Counted from the first letter of the stretch, positions 16,472 through 24,696 are shown. The stretch: 37,062 nt of DNA from Nanobdellota archaeon (GCA_038045165.1 JBBSYR010000057.1:1-37062), one strand, 5' to 3'. A program made the numbers and translations. The notes: generated from the letters alone by a model not told the origin.

Positions 16472-16492
16472 TACTTTTTTCCTACGGATATT

Positions 16493-17767
16493 ATGGACGC
16501 TAAAAATTTTCTTTCAAAGCTTGAATTTCGGCCTTCTGAAGAAGAATCTAAAATTCTAAGAAAAAAAGCCAATATTTTTGCAGGACTTTTAAAAAAAGAA
16601 TTGAAAAGGAAAAAGATTTTTGCAGAAGTATTTATCGGGGGTAGCATGGCTAAAGGCACGCTTGTTAAAAAAAAGGTAAATGACATTGATTTATTTGTGA
16701 GATTTGACAAAAAACATGAAAATCCTTCTTCTCTGTTGGAGGGTGTTTTGCCGGAATTTTGCAAGAAAAATAAATATAAACTAACTAAAATTCATGGAAG
16801 CAGAGATTATTTTATGCTGCAAAATGAAGAAGGGTTTATTTTTGAAGTTGTTCCAGTACTTAAAATAAAAAATCCGAGAGAGGCGGAAAATGTGACTGAC
16901 TTAAGCTATTTTCATGTTAGATATGCAAAAAAGAAAATGAATAAAGAACTGGCAAGGCAGATTGCCATAATGAAAGCTTTTTGCAAGGCGCAGGATGTTT
17001 ATGGCGCTGAAAGCTATATTGGAGGATTTTCAGGTTATGGCCTCGAATGCCTGATTATTTACTATAAATCATTTGAAAAAATGGCAAAAGCACTCATTAA
17101 TATAAAGTCTAAATTGATTTTAGATCCCGAGAAGAAATATAAAAATAAGAATGATATTTTTCTTGAGATAAATGAAAGTAAAATGCAAAGCCCAATCGTT
17201 CTTATTGACCCTACCTGGAAAGAAAGGAATGTTTTAGCTGCTTTGAGCAATGAGAGTTTTCAGAAATTTCAGAAAGTGCTGAAGGAATTCCTGAAAAAGC
17301 CGAGCTTTGAATTTTTTAAAGATAAAAATGCTGCTGATAAAAAAGCATTGGCTGAATTTGCCAAAAAGAGCAAAGCAGAATTTGTTGAACTAACGCTGTG
17401 GACTGACAGGCAAGGTGGAGATATTGCAGGCACAAAGCTAAAAAGGTTTTATGATTTCCTCGCGGAAGAGCTCGAAAGTGATTTTTCTGTTCTGAAAAAA
17501 GAATTTTATTACTTTGAGAATAAGATGGCTGAAGTTTATTTTGTCTTGGCATCTAAGAAAGAAAAGACCAAAGTGGGGCCATTTACAAATTTGAAGAAAC
17601 ATTGCGAAGCTTTCAGAAAAATGCATAAAGAGATATTTGAAAAAGATGGAAGATTGTATGCCTCTGAAAAAATTAATAAAAGTGCAAAGAAATTTATTAA
17701 GGATTATGCTAAAGGAAATAAGAAAAAGATAAGCGAGATGGGAATAACCGAAGTCGTTATTAGATAA
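16493..17767 (+). CDS. cca: archaeal class I CCA-adding enzyme (tRNA nucleotidyltransferase)
   Basis: 424 aa. Pol-beta NTase motif GGSMAKGTLVKKKVNDIDLFV. Length and downstream layout are typical of archaeal CCA enzymes. Confidence 0.7.
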   Translation: MDAKNFLSKLEFRPSEEESKILRKKANIFAGLLKKELKRKKIFAEVFIGGSMAKGTLVKKKVNDIDLFVRFDKKHENPSSLLEGVLPEFCKKNKYKLTKIHGSRDYFMLQNEEGFIFEVVPVLKIKNPREAENVTDLSYFHVRYAKKKMNKELARQIAIMKAFCKAQDVYGAESYIGGFSGYGLECLIIYYKSFEKMAKALINIKSKLILDPEKKYKNKNDIFLEINESKMQSPIVLIDPTWKERNVLAALSNESFQKFQKVLKEFLKKPSFEFFKDKNAADKKALAEFAKKSKAEFVELTLWTDRQGGDIAGTKLKRFYDFLAEELESDFSVLKKEFYYFENKMAEVYFVLASKKEKTKVGPFTNLKKHCEAFRKMHKEIFEKDGRLYASEKINKSAKKFIKDYAKGNKKKISEMGITEVVIR

Positions 17768-17802
17768 TTCCCAGCCGAAAGAATTTATTATGGATAATTC
17801 TG

Positions 17803-17899
17803 TTACAGAAAACTGCGTAGCTTGTAGCACATTTTGTACGCAGTTTTCTGTCTGGAGAACTGCAACGCAGAGAGCTACAAGTAATGCAGTTATCCATAT
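17803..17899 (+). repeat. 97-nt structured repeat element, copy A
   Basis: Reverse complement of 24344..24435 apart from a 5-nt indel and 1 mismatch. Contains a perfect 15-bp hairpin (17805..17819 with 17837..17851). Confidence 0.9.
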
Positions 17900-18134
17900 T
17901 TTTATTATTCAGCTAATCGTTTACGTCGAAAATAACCTCTTTTCATGAATAGAAAGTTTTGTGCATTTTTAATAAATATAGATGATTCAAGGATATCAAT
18001 TTTGAAAACTAATATTTAATAATCTAAGTTTTTCTCATACTCGCATGAAGGGATTTATTTAAGTGAATGACCTAATTATATCACGCACTCGTTCGCATGA
18101 GAAGTATTAAAAACCCAAAAAAACATTTTAATAT

Positions 18135-19058
18135 ATGAAACATTCTTTAAAAGTAACTATGGTTCTGCTGGCAATGTTTTTTATCAGCCAGTTAATTGGA
18201 TTGGGAGTTAGTGGATATTATTCGCCTGAAGTGCATCAGGTTCAAGCAGAAAATGGAACTTTAGTGAATATTACTGAATATAATCTTCCATACGGAATGA
18301 ACCCTCCGCAAAATACAGACCCCCAGCTTAATGTTATCTCAATAATTATTTCCATAGTGATGGCAGTTGTTCTTATGCTTATTCTTATGAAAGTGAAGGC
18401 GGCGATGTTTCTAAGATGCTGGTTTTTCTTAGTTGTTACTCTGGCAATAGCAATAACCTTAAACACTATTTTATCCTGGCAAAAATATGCTGCCGTGATT
18501 GCAATAATAATAGCTCTGCCTCTTGCGTTTTTTAAAATCTTCAAGAGAAATATAATAGTACATAATTTGACTGAACTGATTATTTATCCAGGAATTGCAG
18601 CAATATTTGTTCCTCTGCTTAATCTCTGGACTGTTTCTTTGCTGTTAGTTGTTATTTCGATTTACGATATTTACGCTGTTTGGCATGCAGGATTTATGCA
18701 AAAAATGGCAAAATATCAGATACAAAAATTGAAGTTTTTCTCAGGATTTTTTATTCCTTATCTTAGCAAAAAGCAGAGAATGCTGGTTGAAAAAATGAAG
18801 AACAAAAAGACTAATAAAATAAAAGTTAGTGTTGCAATTCTTGGGGGAGGCGACGTGGTATTTCCAATTATTCTTGCAGGAGTTGTTTTAGATATCTGGG
18901 GATTTTTGCCTGCTTTAGTTATTTCCATAGGTGCAGCAATTGCTTTGGCTTTGCTGTTTTATTTTTCTGAAAAAGGAAAGTTTTATCCCGCCATGCCTTT
19001 TATTTCAGCAGGATGCTTTGCGGGATTAGGAATTGCTTATCTGATTACTTTATTTTAA
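18135..19058 (+). CDS. presenilin / signal-peptide-peptidase-type intramembrane aspartyl protease (A22 family)
   Basis: Polytopic membrane protein with YD (SIYDIYAV), GxGD (LGGGDVVFP) and PAL (FLPALV) motifs in the canonical order. Confidence 0.8.
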   Translation: MKHSLKVTMVLLAMFFISQLIGLGVSGYYSPEVHQVQAENGTLVNITEYNLPYGMNPPQNTDPQLNVISIIISIVMAVVLMLILMKVKAAMFLRCWFFLVVTLAIAITLNTILSWQKYAAVIAIIIALPLAFFKIFKRNIIVHNLTELIIYPGIAAIFVPLLNLWTVSLLLVVISIYDIYAVWHAGFMQKMAKYQIQKLKFFSGFFIPYLSKKQRMLVEKMKNKKTNKIKVSVAILGGGDVVFPIILAGVVLDIWGFLPALVISIGAAIALALLFYFSEKGKFYPAMPFISAGCFAGLGIAYLITLF

Positions 19059-19300
19059 ACTTAATTATTGAAATGAACAATCTTATAATCTCGTTTAATC
19101 GGGCAATTATTTAAAGTTGTATTTTTTTATTTGTTTGGCTCATGAATATGTATTCGAGGCGGGCGTTCAGTCATTCTTTCTTGTAAATAAGTAGCATCTA
19201 TAGGAATCACAGCAGTTATACTTCGATAGGATACAAATGCAGGTCTATCTGTCTAAATAGATTCATGCTCCAATTTTTCGCCATCTTTAGAGTGCATTAC

Positions 19301-19519
19301 TCAGGGAGAAAAATGTGTTTGATGTGCTAAAAAAGGCTGCAAAACTAAATCCTCATTTCTTAATCCTTGGTATACGCCAATAAATGAGCCTCCTTGGCTG
19401 CAAAATTCAACTAACCTGCCTTTGTGGAAATTGTATGGCTCTCTAGACGAAGAGGCAAACTCGCTCTCTGGAATAGCATTTTCAGGCATTATTCTAATTT
19501 CTTTAAAATTTGTGTTCAT
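19301..19519 (-). CDS. small hypothetical protein (72 aa)
   Basis: The ORF has a TTTAAAAA box exactly 29 nt upstream of its ATG. No family recognised. Confidence 0.4.
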   Translation of the reverse strand: MNTNFKEIRIMPENAIPESEFASSSREPYNFHKGRLVEFCSQGGSFIGVYQGLRNEDLVLQPFLAHQTHFSP

Positions 19520-19540
19520 ATTTATTCAGACGATGCTTTG

Positions 19541-19548
19541 TTTTTAAA
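19541..19548 (-). promoter_or_regulatory. TATA box (TTTAAAAA) for the 72-aa ORF
   Basis: Starts 29 nt upstream of the ATG at 19519 on the minus strand. Confidence 0.4.
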
Positions 19549-19592
19549 GCTTTCTATCCGATTGTCATTTAGTAGTTGCAACATACGAAAGA

Positions 19593-19600
19593 TTTAAATA
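19593..19600 (+). promoter_or_regulatory. TATA box (TTTAAATA) for the repeat-protein/trmB operon
   Basis: Starts 30 nt upstream of the ATG at 19623. Confidence 0.4.
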
Positions 19601-19622
19601 CCCTTTATTTCATTACTATGAC

Positions 19623-20273
19623 ATGACAGAAGAAAAGAAACCAGCAAGACTTGGAGAATACGTAAAGAGAACTTTATATTCTTTATTGGGAGCTGCAGCT
19701 ATTGCAGGAACTTATTCAGCACACGAAGGAGATTGCCCGCCTTTTTATGTAAATAAAACTGGAAATAGCGGAGGAATATGCCTTGGAGTTAGAGTTGATA
19801 TTAAAGAAGGAGCTAAATTTTATGGAGGAGTTATTTCTTTCTACGGAATAAACGGGGGAGAAATTAATGGTATAAGAGTCGGGTTTAGAAATGCAAGCGA
19901 TAGTGGAAAATTAAATGGCTTGGAAGCTGGATTTCTTAATATATTTGATACAACTAATTCTTTACCTGCAAAGATTAATGGTTTGCAGGTTGGAATAGGT
20001 AATGTAATGAGAGATGGAAATGGTTTGCAGGTTGGGTTAGTTAATATGATGAGAGATGGAAATGGTTTGCAGGTTGGGTTAGTTAATATGATGAGAGATG
20101 GAAATGGTTTGCAGGTTGGGTTAGCTAACGGCATGAGAGATGGAAATGGTTTGCAGGTTGGATTAGGTAATAAAGTAGTATGCCAAGATAAAAAGCGCTA
20201 TAGTGTGGGCTTAAACTACTCATTTGAAGGAAATAATAAAGATAAAACAAAAGCGGAGGAATCTAAAAAATGA
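19623..20273 (+). CDS. membrane-anchored/secreted protein built of NG(L/I)xxGxxN 14-aa repeats
   Basis: N-terminal hydrophobic segment (LYSLLGAAAIAGTYSA), then degenerate repeats followed by near-perfect repeats MRDGNGLQVGLVNM. Confidence 0.7.
   Translation: MTEEKKPARLGEYVKRTLYSLLGAAAIAGTYSAHEGDCPPFYVNKTGNSGGICLGVRVDIKEGAKFYGGVISFYGINGGEINGIRVGFRNASDSGKLNGLEAGFLNIFDTTNSLPAKINGLQVGIGNVMRDGNGLQVGLVNMMRDGNGLQVGLVNMMRDGNGLQVGLANGMRDGNGLQVGLGNKVVCQDKKRYSVGLNYSFEGNNKDKTKAEESKK
19977..20186 (+). repeat. 5 x 42-bp tandem repeat inside the CDS
   Basis: Units start at 19977, 20019, 20061, 20103 and 20145. Units 2 and 3 are identical. Confidence 0.95.
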
Positions 20274-21070
20274 TGATAAAACCTGAATTAGTCAAGAGAA
20301 TAAAAGATTACTTTAATCTAAATATCTATGAAACTAAAGTCTGGCTTTCCTTGCTTTCAAAAGGAATTGCCTCTGCAAGAGAGGTTGCTGACCTTTCTGG
20401 AGTGCCTAGAAGCAGAACATACGATGTTCTTGAATCTTTGGAGAAGCGGGGATTCGCAATTACCAAAGTTGGAAAGCCCGTCAAATATATTTCTGTTAAG
20501 CCAACTGAAATAATCGAAAAAATGAAGGGTAATGTTATGCAGGAAGCACATGATAAAGTCAAATCTCTGGTAACATTGAAAGAAACTCAAGAATATACTG
20601 AATTGGTGCAGCTTCATAATTCAGGCATAACGCCTATTAAAGCCTGCGATATTACAGGCTCATTGAAAGGAAGAGCAAACGTTCTTTCAAGATTAAGAGA
20701 ATTGCTTGAAAACTCTAAAGATGAAGTTGTAATCAGCACAACTGTTCTTGATTTTGAAGATAAGAGCAGAGTAATCGGAGCAGTGCTTGAAAAATTGAAC
20801 AAGAATAATATTAAAGTCAAACTTGGCTTATCTGGCGACGTGGAAAAAATAAAAAAGATAAATGCGAAATTTAATTTGAAAGCCAAGCAGATTGAATCAA
20901 GCGCAAGGGCGTTTATTTCTGACAAAAAAGAAGCTGTTTTTTTAATTACCCCTGAAAATTCAGATGAAGAAATAGGGATATGGTTTAATGCTCCTTTTTT
21001 CACAGAATCCATGGCTGGAATTTTTGAGCATTCAATTAAGAACAACGGATTGAATGGCAGCAAGATTTAA
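20270..21070 (+). CDS. TrmB-family transcriptional regulator
   Basis: N-terminal winged HTH YETKVWLSLLSKGIASAREVADLSGVPRSRTYDVLESLEKRGF. 266 aa. ATGA overlap with the repeat-protein gene. Confidence 0.85.
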   Translation: MMIKPELVKRIKDYFNLNIYETKVWLSLLSKGIASAREVADLSGVPRSRTYDVLESLEKRGFAITKVGKPVKYISVKPTEIIEKMKGNVMQEAHDKVKSLVTLKETQEYTELVQLHNSGITPIKACDITGSLKGRANVLSRLRELLENSKDEVVISTTVLDFEDKSRVIGAVLEKLNKNNIKVKLGLSGDVEKIKKINAKFNLKAKQIESSARAFISDKKEAVFLITPENSDEEIGIWFNAPFFTESMAGIFEHSIKNNGLNGSKI

Positions 21071-21073
21071 ATA
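21066..21073 (+). promoter_or_regulatory. TATA box (TTTAAATA) overlapping the trmB stop codon
   Basis: Starts 29 nt upstream of the ATG at 21095. Confidence 0.4.
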
Positions 21074-21094
21074 AGCAGAGGAAAACATTATTAC

Positions 21095-21424
21095 ATGCTG
21101 AATATAACTGACGAACAAAGAGATGCAATAGATGCTCAAGTTAGAGAAAGAGTTTTACATGAAATATATTTAAACCAGCGCCAGAAATTTTTACCTGTTG
21201 CTGCAATGGTTTTTTGTAGAGCAAGCTTAGGACTTGGTATTAATTTAGAAAACGCCTGTCCGTATATGCGAGATTGTGATAATAAGGCTCATGTTCTTTG
21301 CGTTGATAATTCTTATAGGAACTGCCCATATTATACACTGCACTTAACAACAGATTTTCTTGATGGTCAAATAGATTTGGCTCAAGCAGGAATAGAACAA
21401 AATGTTTCTTTGCCTGCAAAGTAA
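21095..21424 (+). CDS. hypothetical Cys-containing protein (109 aa)
   Basis: ORF with canonical TATA spacing. CPYMRDC....C....CPYY. Followed by the hairpin TTTGTCC-TTT-GGACAAA. Confidence 0.5.
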   Translation: MLNITDEQRDAIDAQVRERVLHEIYLNQRQKFLPVAAMVFCRASLGLGINLENACPYMRDCDNKAHVLCVDNSYRNCPYYTLHLTTDFLDGQIDLAQAGIEQNVSLPAK

Positions 21425-21681
21425 AGCGCTCACTCAAATGGTTTGTCCTTTGGACAAATCCTCTTTCAGCGGAGTATGACATCAGAAAACCAAATAAATT
21501 ATTATCTTCTGCAGCGACTTACTTCTCAGACATCGACTGATTATTTATTATATTTTTATTGTGCCCCCGCATTATTTTACTTGCATGGCAAGATTATAGG
21601 GGTATAAAAAATAAATAATAAGAGCATTGTTTTTTGGTAAAATCTATTATAAAAACAACTTGAGTAATCTTAAAGGATTTT

Positions 21682-23574
21682 TTATTTCAGCCTAATCGTC
21701 TCAAGATTTCTTGGCACAGAGGTTTCTATATGAAATTGCTTGTAAAGCGAGGATGCCAAGTCAAGGCATTTTGAAACTTCACCATGATTTACAATTATTT
21801 TTTTTGGCTTTGGAATCATTCTGCTGACGTATTGCAAAAGCTCGGTTCTTCCTGAGTGCGCCGATAATCCATTTAAGGTTTCTACCTGCATTTTAACAGA
21901 AATTTTTTCATTGCCATTGTCTTTGCCGATTATAACTTCTCTGTGGCCTTCCTGCAATTGCCTGCCTGTTGAACCGATTGGCTGATAACAGCCAAAGACA
22001 ATTGCATTATTCGGGTTATCAGCTAAATTCTTAAAATATTCAACTGACGCGCCTCCGACAAGCATTCCAGAAGTTGCAATAATTATGCATGGCCCCCCCT
22101 CTAAAACTTGCTGCCTTTCAACTGGGCTGCCGATTCTTTTTAAGATATCTGAAACAAAAGGGTTATTATCCTGAAAAATTTGATTTCTGACTGATGCGCT
22201 CAAGAAATCTGGATAAGCTGTATGAATTGCGTTAATATCCCATATCATGCCGTCGATATAAACTGGCACTTTTGGAAGCTCGCCTGTTCTGACTGCCTCC
22301 TCGACTCTTAGCACAGTCTCCTGTGCATGGCCTAATCCAAGTTCAGGAAGCAAAATTTTTCCGTTCCTCGCAATTACTGCTTTTGCTATTTCAATAAATT
22401 TATTTTCAGTTTCCTGCCTCGGCGGCAAAATATCTTCTTTTGCGCCGTATGTTGATTCGATAATCAAAGTTTCAACTCTTGGAAAATGATTTACTGCAGG
22501 ATCTAGCAATCGAGTCTTTGCATATTTTGTATCTGCGCCGTAAACTAAATTATGCAGTCCGTTGCCAATATTAATATGAACTTGGGAAGCTCCAAGAACA
22601 TGACCTGCATTGTATAATGTAATTCTTATATCCGGAGTTATATCAGTAACTTCTCCAAAATCTAAAGAAATTGAATGCCTCACCATTTCTTTTACGTCTT
22701 CTGCTTTGTATAATGGAAAGGATGCTTGTTTGTATGCTATTCCTATGAAATCTAAAGTTAACAGAGCAGCTATATCTCTTGTTGGCTCTGTTAAATAAAC
22801 AGGCCCTTTATAACCCATTTTATATAAGTACGGAATTAATCCGGAATGATCCAAGTGAGCGTGCGAAAGTATTACTGCATCTATTGAATTTAAATCTCCG
22901 ATTTCTGGAAGATTTAGATAGGGAAATTTTTCTGAATCTTCTGTTGCTGCAGGATTTATTCCGCAGTCAAGCAAGACTTTTGAATTTGGTGTTTGCAGCA
23001 AGAAACATGAGCGACCAACTTGCCTTCCACTGCCAAGAACAGTAATTCTTACCCAGATATCTTTTTTTTCAGGATTCCACTCATTGTAAATTTTTTTGCC
23101 AATGTCATTAAGAAATTTTCTTCTGTAATTATTATTTGCGTATAAAACAGAGCGTATTTTTTCTGTAATTTTGCTTTGAATTGTCGGGCTTCTTCTGACT
23201 GAGGGAGTCCACATCGTTGATTTTCTAATATCGTTTAGAATAGCGCCTTGCTTTCCTATAACTAAACCTGGTTTTTTTGCCTCTATAATCAGCGAACTTC
23301 GTTGAATGTCAAAGATTATATTCATTATTTCTGCTTCTTCTGGAACAAGTGCACGAATTGTTTTTTCAGTATCTGCTTCTGAAGCAAGAATTGACTGCTC
23401 CGCCCGAAGCTCTATCCTTTTCTTGATTTTATCAACTATTGCTCTTATTTTTGTTTCGCTTGTTTTAAAAAATTCTTTATCACGCGTGTATAAAACTATG
23501 TTTGCCCCTTCAAATGCCGCGTCGTCTATTATATTGGGCAATTCTTCTTTAATGCTTTTTAAAATGTCTGCCAT
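21682..23574 (-). CDS. fttA: aCPSF1/FttA: KH-domain beta-CASP metallo-beta-lactamase ribonuclease (archaeal transcription termination factor)
   Basis: 630 aa. N-terminal KH-like region (GLVIGKQGAILNDI), MBL motif LSHAHLDHSG, and beta-CASP/C-terminal His motif (VNHGE). Confidence 0.9.
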   Translation of the reverse strand: MADILKSIKEELPNIIDDAAFEGANIVLYTRDKEFFKTSETKIRAIVDKIKKRIELRAEQSILASEADTEKTIRALVPEEAEIMNIIFDIQRSSLIIEAKKPGLVIGKQGAILNDIRKSTMWTPSVRRSPTIQSKITEKIRSVLYANNNYRRKFLNDIGKKIYNEWNPEKKDIWVRITVLGSGRQVGRSCFLLQTPNSKVLLDCGINPAATEDSEKFPYLNLPEIGDLNSIDAVILSHAHLDHSGLIPYLYKMGYKGPVYLTEPTRDIAALLTLDFIGIAYKQASFPLYKAEDVKEMVRHSISLDFGEVTDITPDIRITLYNAGHVLGASQVHINIGNGLHNLVYGADTKYAKTRLLDPAVNHFPRVETLIIESTYGAKEDILPPRQETENKFIEIAKAVIARNGKILLPELGLGHAQETVLRVEEAVRTGELPKVPVYIDGMIWDINAIHTAYPDFLSASVRNQIFQDNNPFVSDILKRIGSPVERQQVLEGGPCIIIATSGMLVGGASVEYFKNLADNPNNAIVFGCYQPIGSTGRQLQEGHREVIIGKDNGNEKISVKMQVETLNGLSAHSGRTELLQYVSRMIPKPKKIIVNHGEVSKCLDLASSLYKQFHIETSVPRNLETIRLK

Positions 23575-23601
23575 TTTTTATTTTAAAACTTAAATAATAA
23601 T

Positions 23602-24264
23602 TTATTTGTATTCTGCAATAATTTCTTCAGAAACTACATGCTTGATTCCGTCTTTTGTTATGCTGAAGACATCTATTCCATTGCCAGAGCCAACATCTCT
23701 TTGAGTAGATGATTTTATGCATTCTTTGGCAAGCTCGATGGCTTCTTTGACTGAAAGGTCTTTTTTATAAGCTCTCTCCAAAAATCCGAGGATATAGGGC
23801 ATTCCAGAGGAAAAATTCGCATCATAATCTTCAACTTCATCTACTGCACCAGCAGGTTCAATAGAAAATAGAGAGGCTTTTCCATCCTCATCAACACCTG
23901 CAATCAAACTTCCAACAATATTTGGAATCATTGTCGGATTTCTTATATTTCTATAAGTCATCATGGCTAATAAGTGTGCAGCTTCCTTGACCGAAGGGCG
24001 AGATTTTGTTTTAAGCTCTTTCAACCTTAATTCGGCAGCTAGAACCTTATTGGTCAATTGCAAATCAGCAACACCCCCAGTATATGCCGCAGCAAGATAA
24101 TCATTGATTTTGTTTATTTTTATATGATTCTTGGAGAGCACTATTGTGCCTGCAGTTCCTCTTCTATCTGCACCAATGATAACTCCGTCTTTGCAAACAA
24201 TTCCAACTAAACTCGTATTTGATTTTAATATGTTTTGGCTTATATCTTGATTGTTCGAATTCAT
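23602..24264 (-). CDS. psmB: proteasome subunit beta
   Basis: TSLVGIVCKDGVIIGADRRGT... With Thr as residue 1, Asp17 and Lys33 fall in register. 16-aa propeptide. Confidence 0.9.
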   Translation of the reverse strand: MNSNNQDISQNILKSNTSLVGIVCKDGVIIGADRRGTAGTIVLSKNHIKINKINDYLAAAYTGGVADLQLTNKVLAAELRLKELKTKSRPSVKEAAHLLAMMTYRNIRNPTMIPNIVGSLIAGVDEDGKASLFSIEPAGAVDEVEDYDANFSSGMPYILGFLERAYKKDLSVKEAIELAKECIKSSTQRDVGSGNGIDVFSITKDGIKHVVSEEIIAEYK

Positions 24265-24285
24265 AAGAACTTATATCCTCTAGTT

Positions 24286-24293
24286 ATTTTTAT
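24286..24293 (-). promoter_or_regulatory. TATA box (ATAAAAAT) for psmB-fttA
   Basis: Starts 29 nt upstream of the ATG at 24264 on the minus strand. Confidence 0.4.
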
Positions 24294-24343
24294 TGACTAT
24301 TTCAGTATTTAAGTCTTGCGGTTTTAGTTTTTTTAGGTATCTG

Positions 24344-24435
24344 ATATGGCTAACTGCATTACTTGTAGCTCTCTGCGTTGCAGTTCTCCAGACAGAACGT
24401 ACAAAATGTGCTACAAGCTACGCAGTTTTCTGTAA
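24344..24435 (-). repeat. 92-nt structured repeat element, copy B (inverted relative to copy A)
   Basis: Its reverse complement aligns to 17803..17899 with one 5-nt deletion and one mismatch. Confidence 0.9.
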
Positions 24436-24696
24436 TTATTAATGCCTCGGAGAAAAGAAGAGAAAGTTAAAGTCAGAGGGCGGCATATCTCTGTTTAGAA
24501 CAGCCTTATGAAATAATTTCGGGATAGCACAAAATAAATCCTTTCAGTAACCTTTAAAAACCTCATTTATCTTGAAAAATTGAATCTAATTGAAAGAAAG
24601 ATTTGCTCGCTCTGATAAAGCATACACAAGTCTAAATATTCACAGAAGTAAAGATTGAGTTGCATCTAAAAATGAAATACACAAACAATACAATAG

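Noticed and set aside
17784-17791. TATA-like box upstream of repeat copy A as the promoter of a small RNA
   Set aside because: The predicted start (about 17813) falls inside the element. The AT-rich box next to copy B predicts a non-equivalent position. The flanks of the two copies are not homologous, so a shared promoter is not supported. The orientation of any transcript remains open.
19298-19303. TGA recoding or read-through at the end of the 72-aa ORF
   Set aside because: TGA clearly functions as a stop in many well-defined genes here, including all the ATGA-coupled junctions. An alternative genetic code is not supported.
19977-20186. CRISPR-like regular repeats
   Set aside because: The units are contiguous with no spacers, are in frame, and encode the 14-aa repeats of a protein. 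This is a coding tandem repeat, not a CRISPR array.
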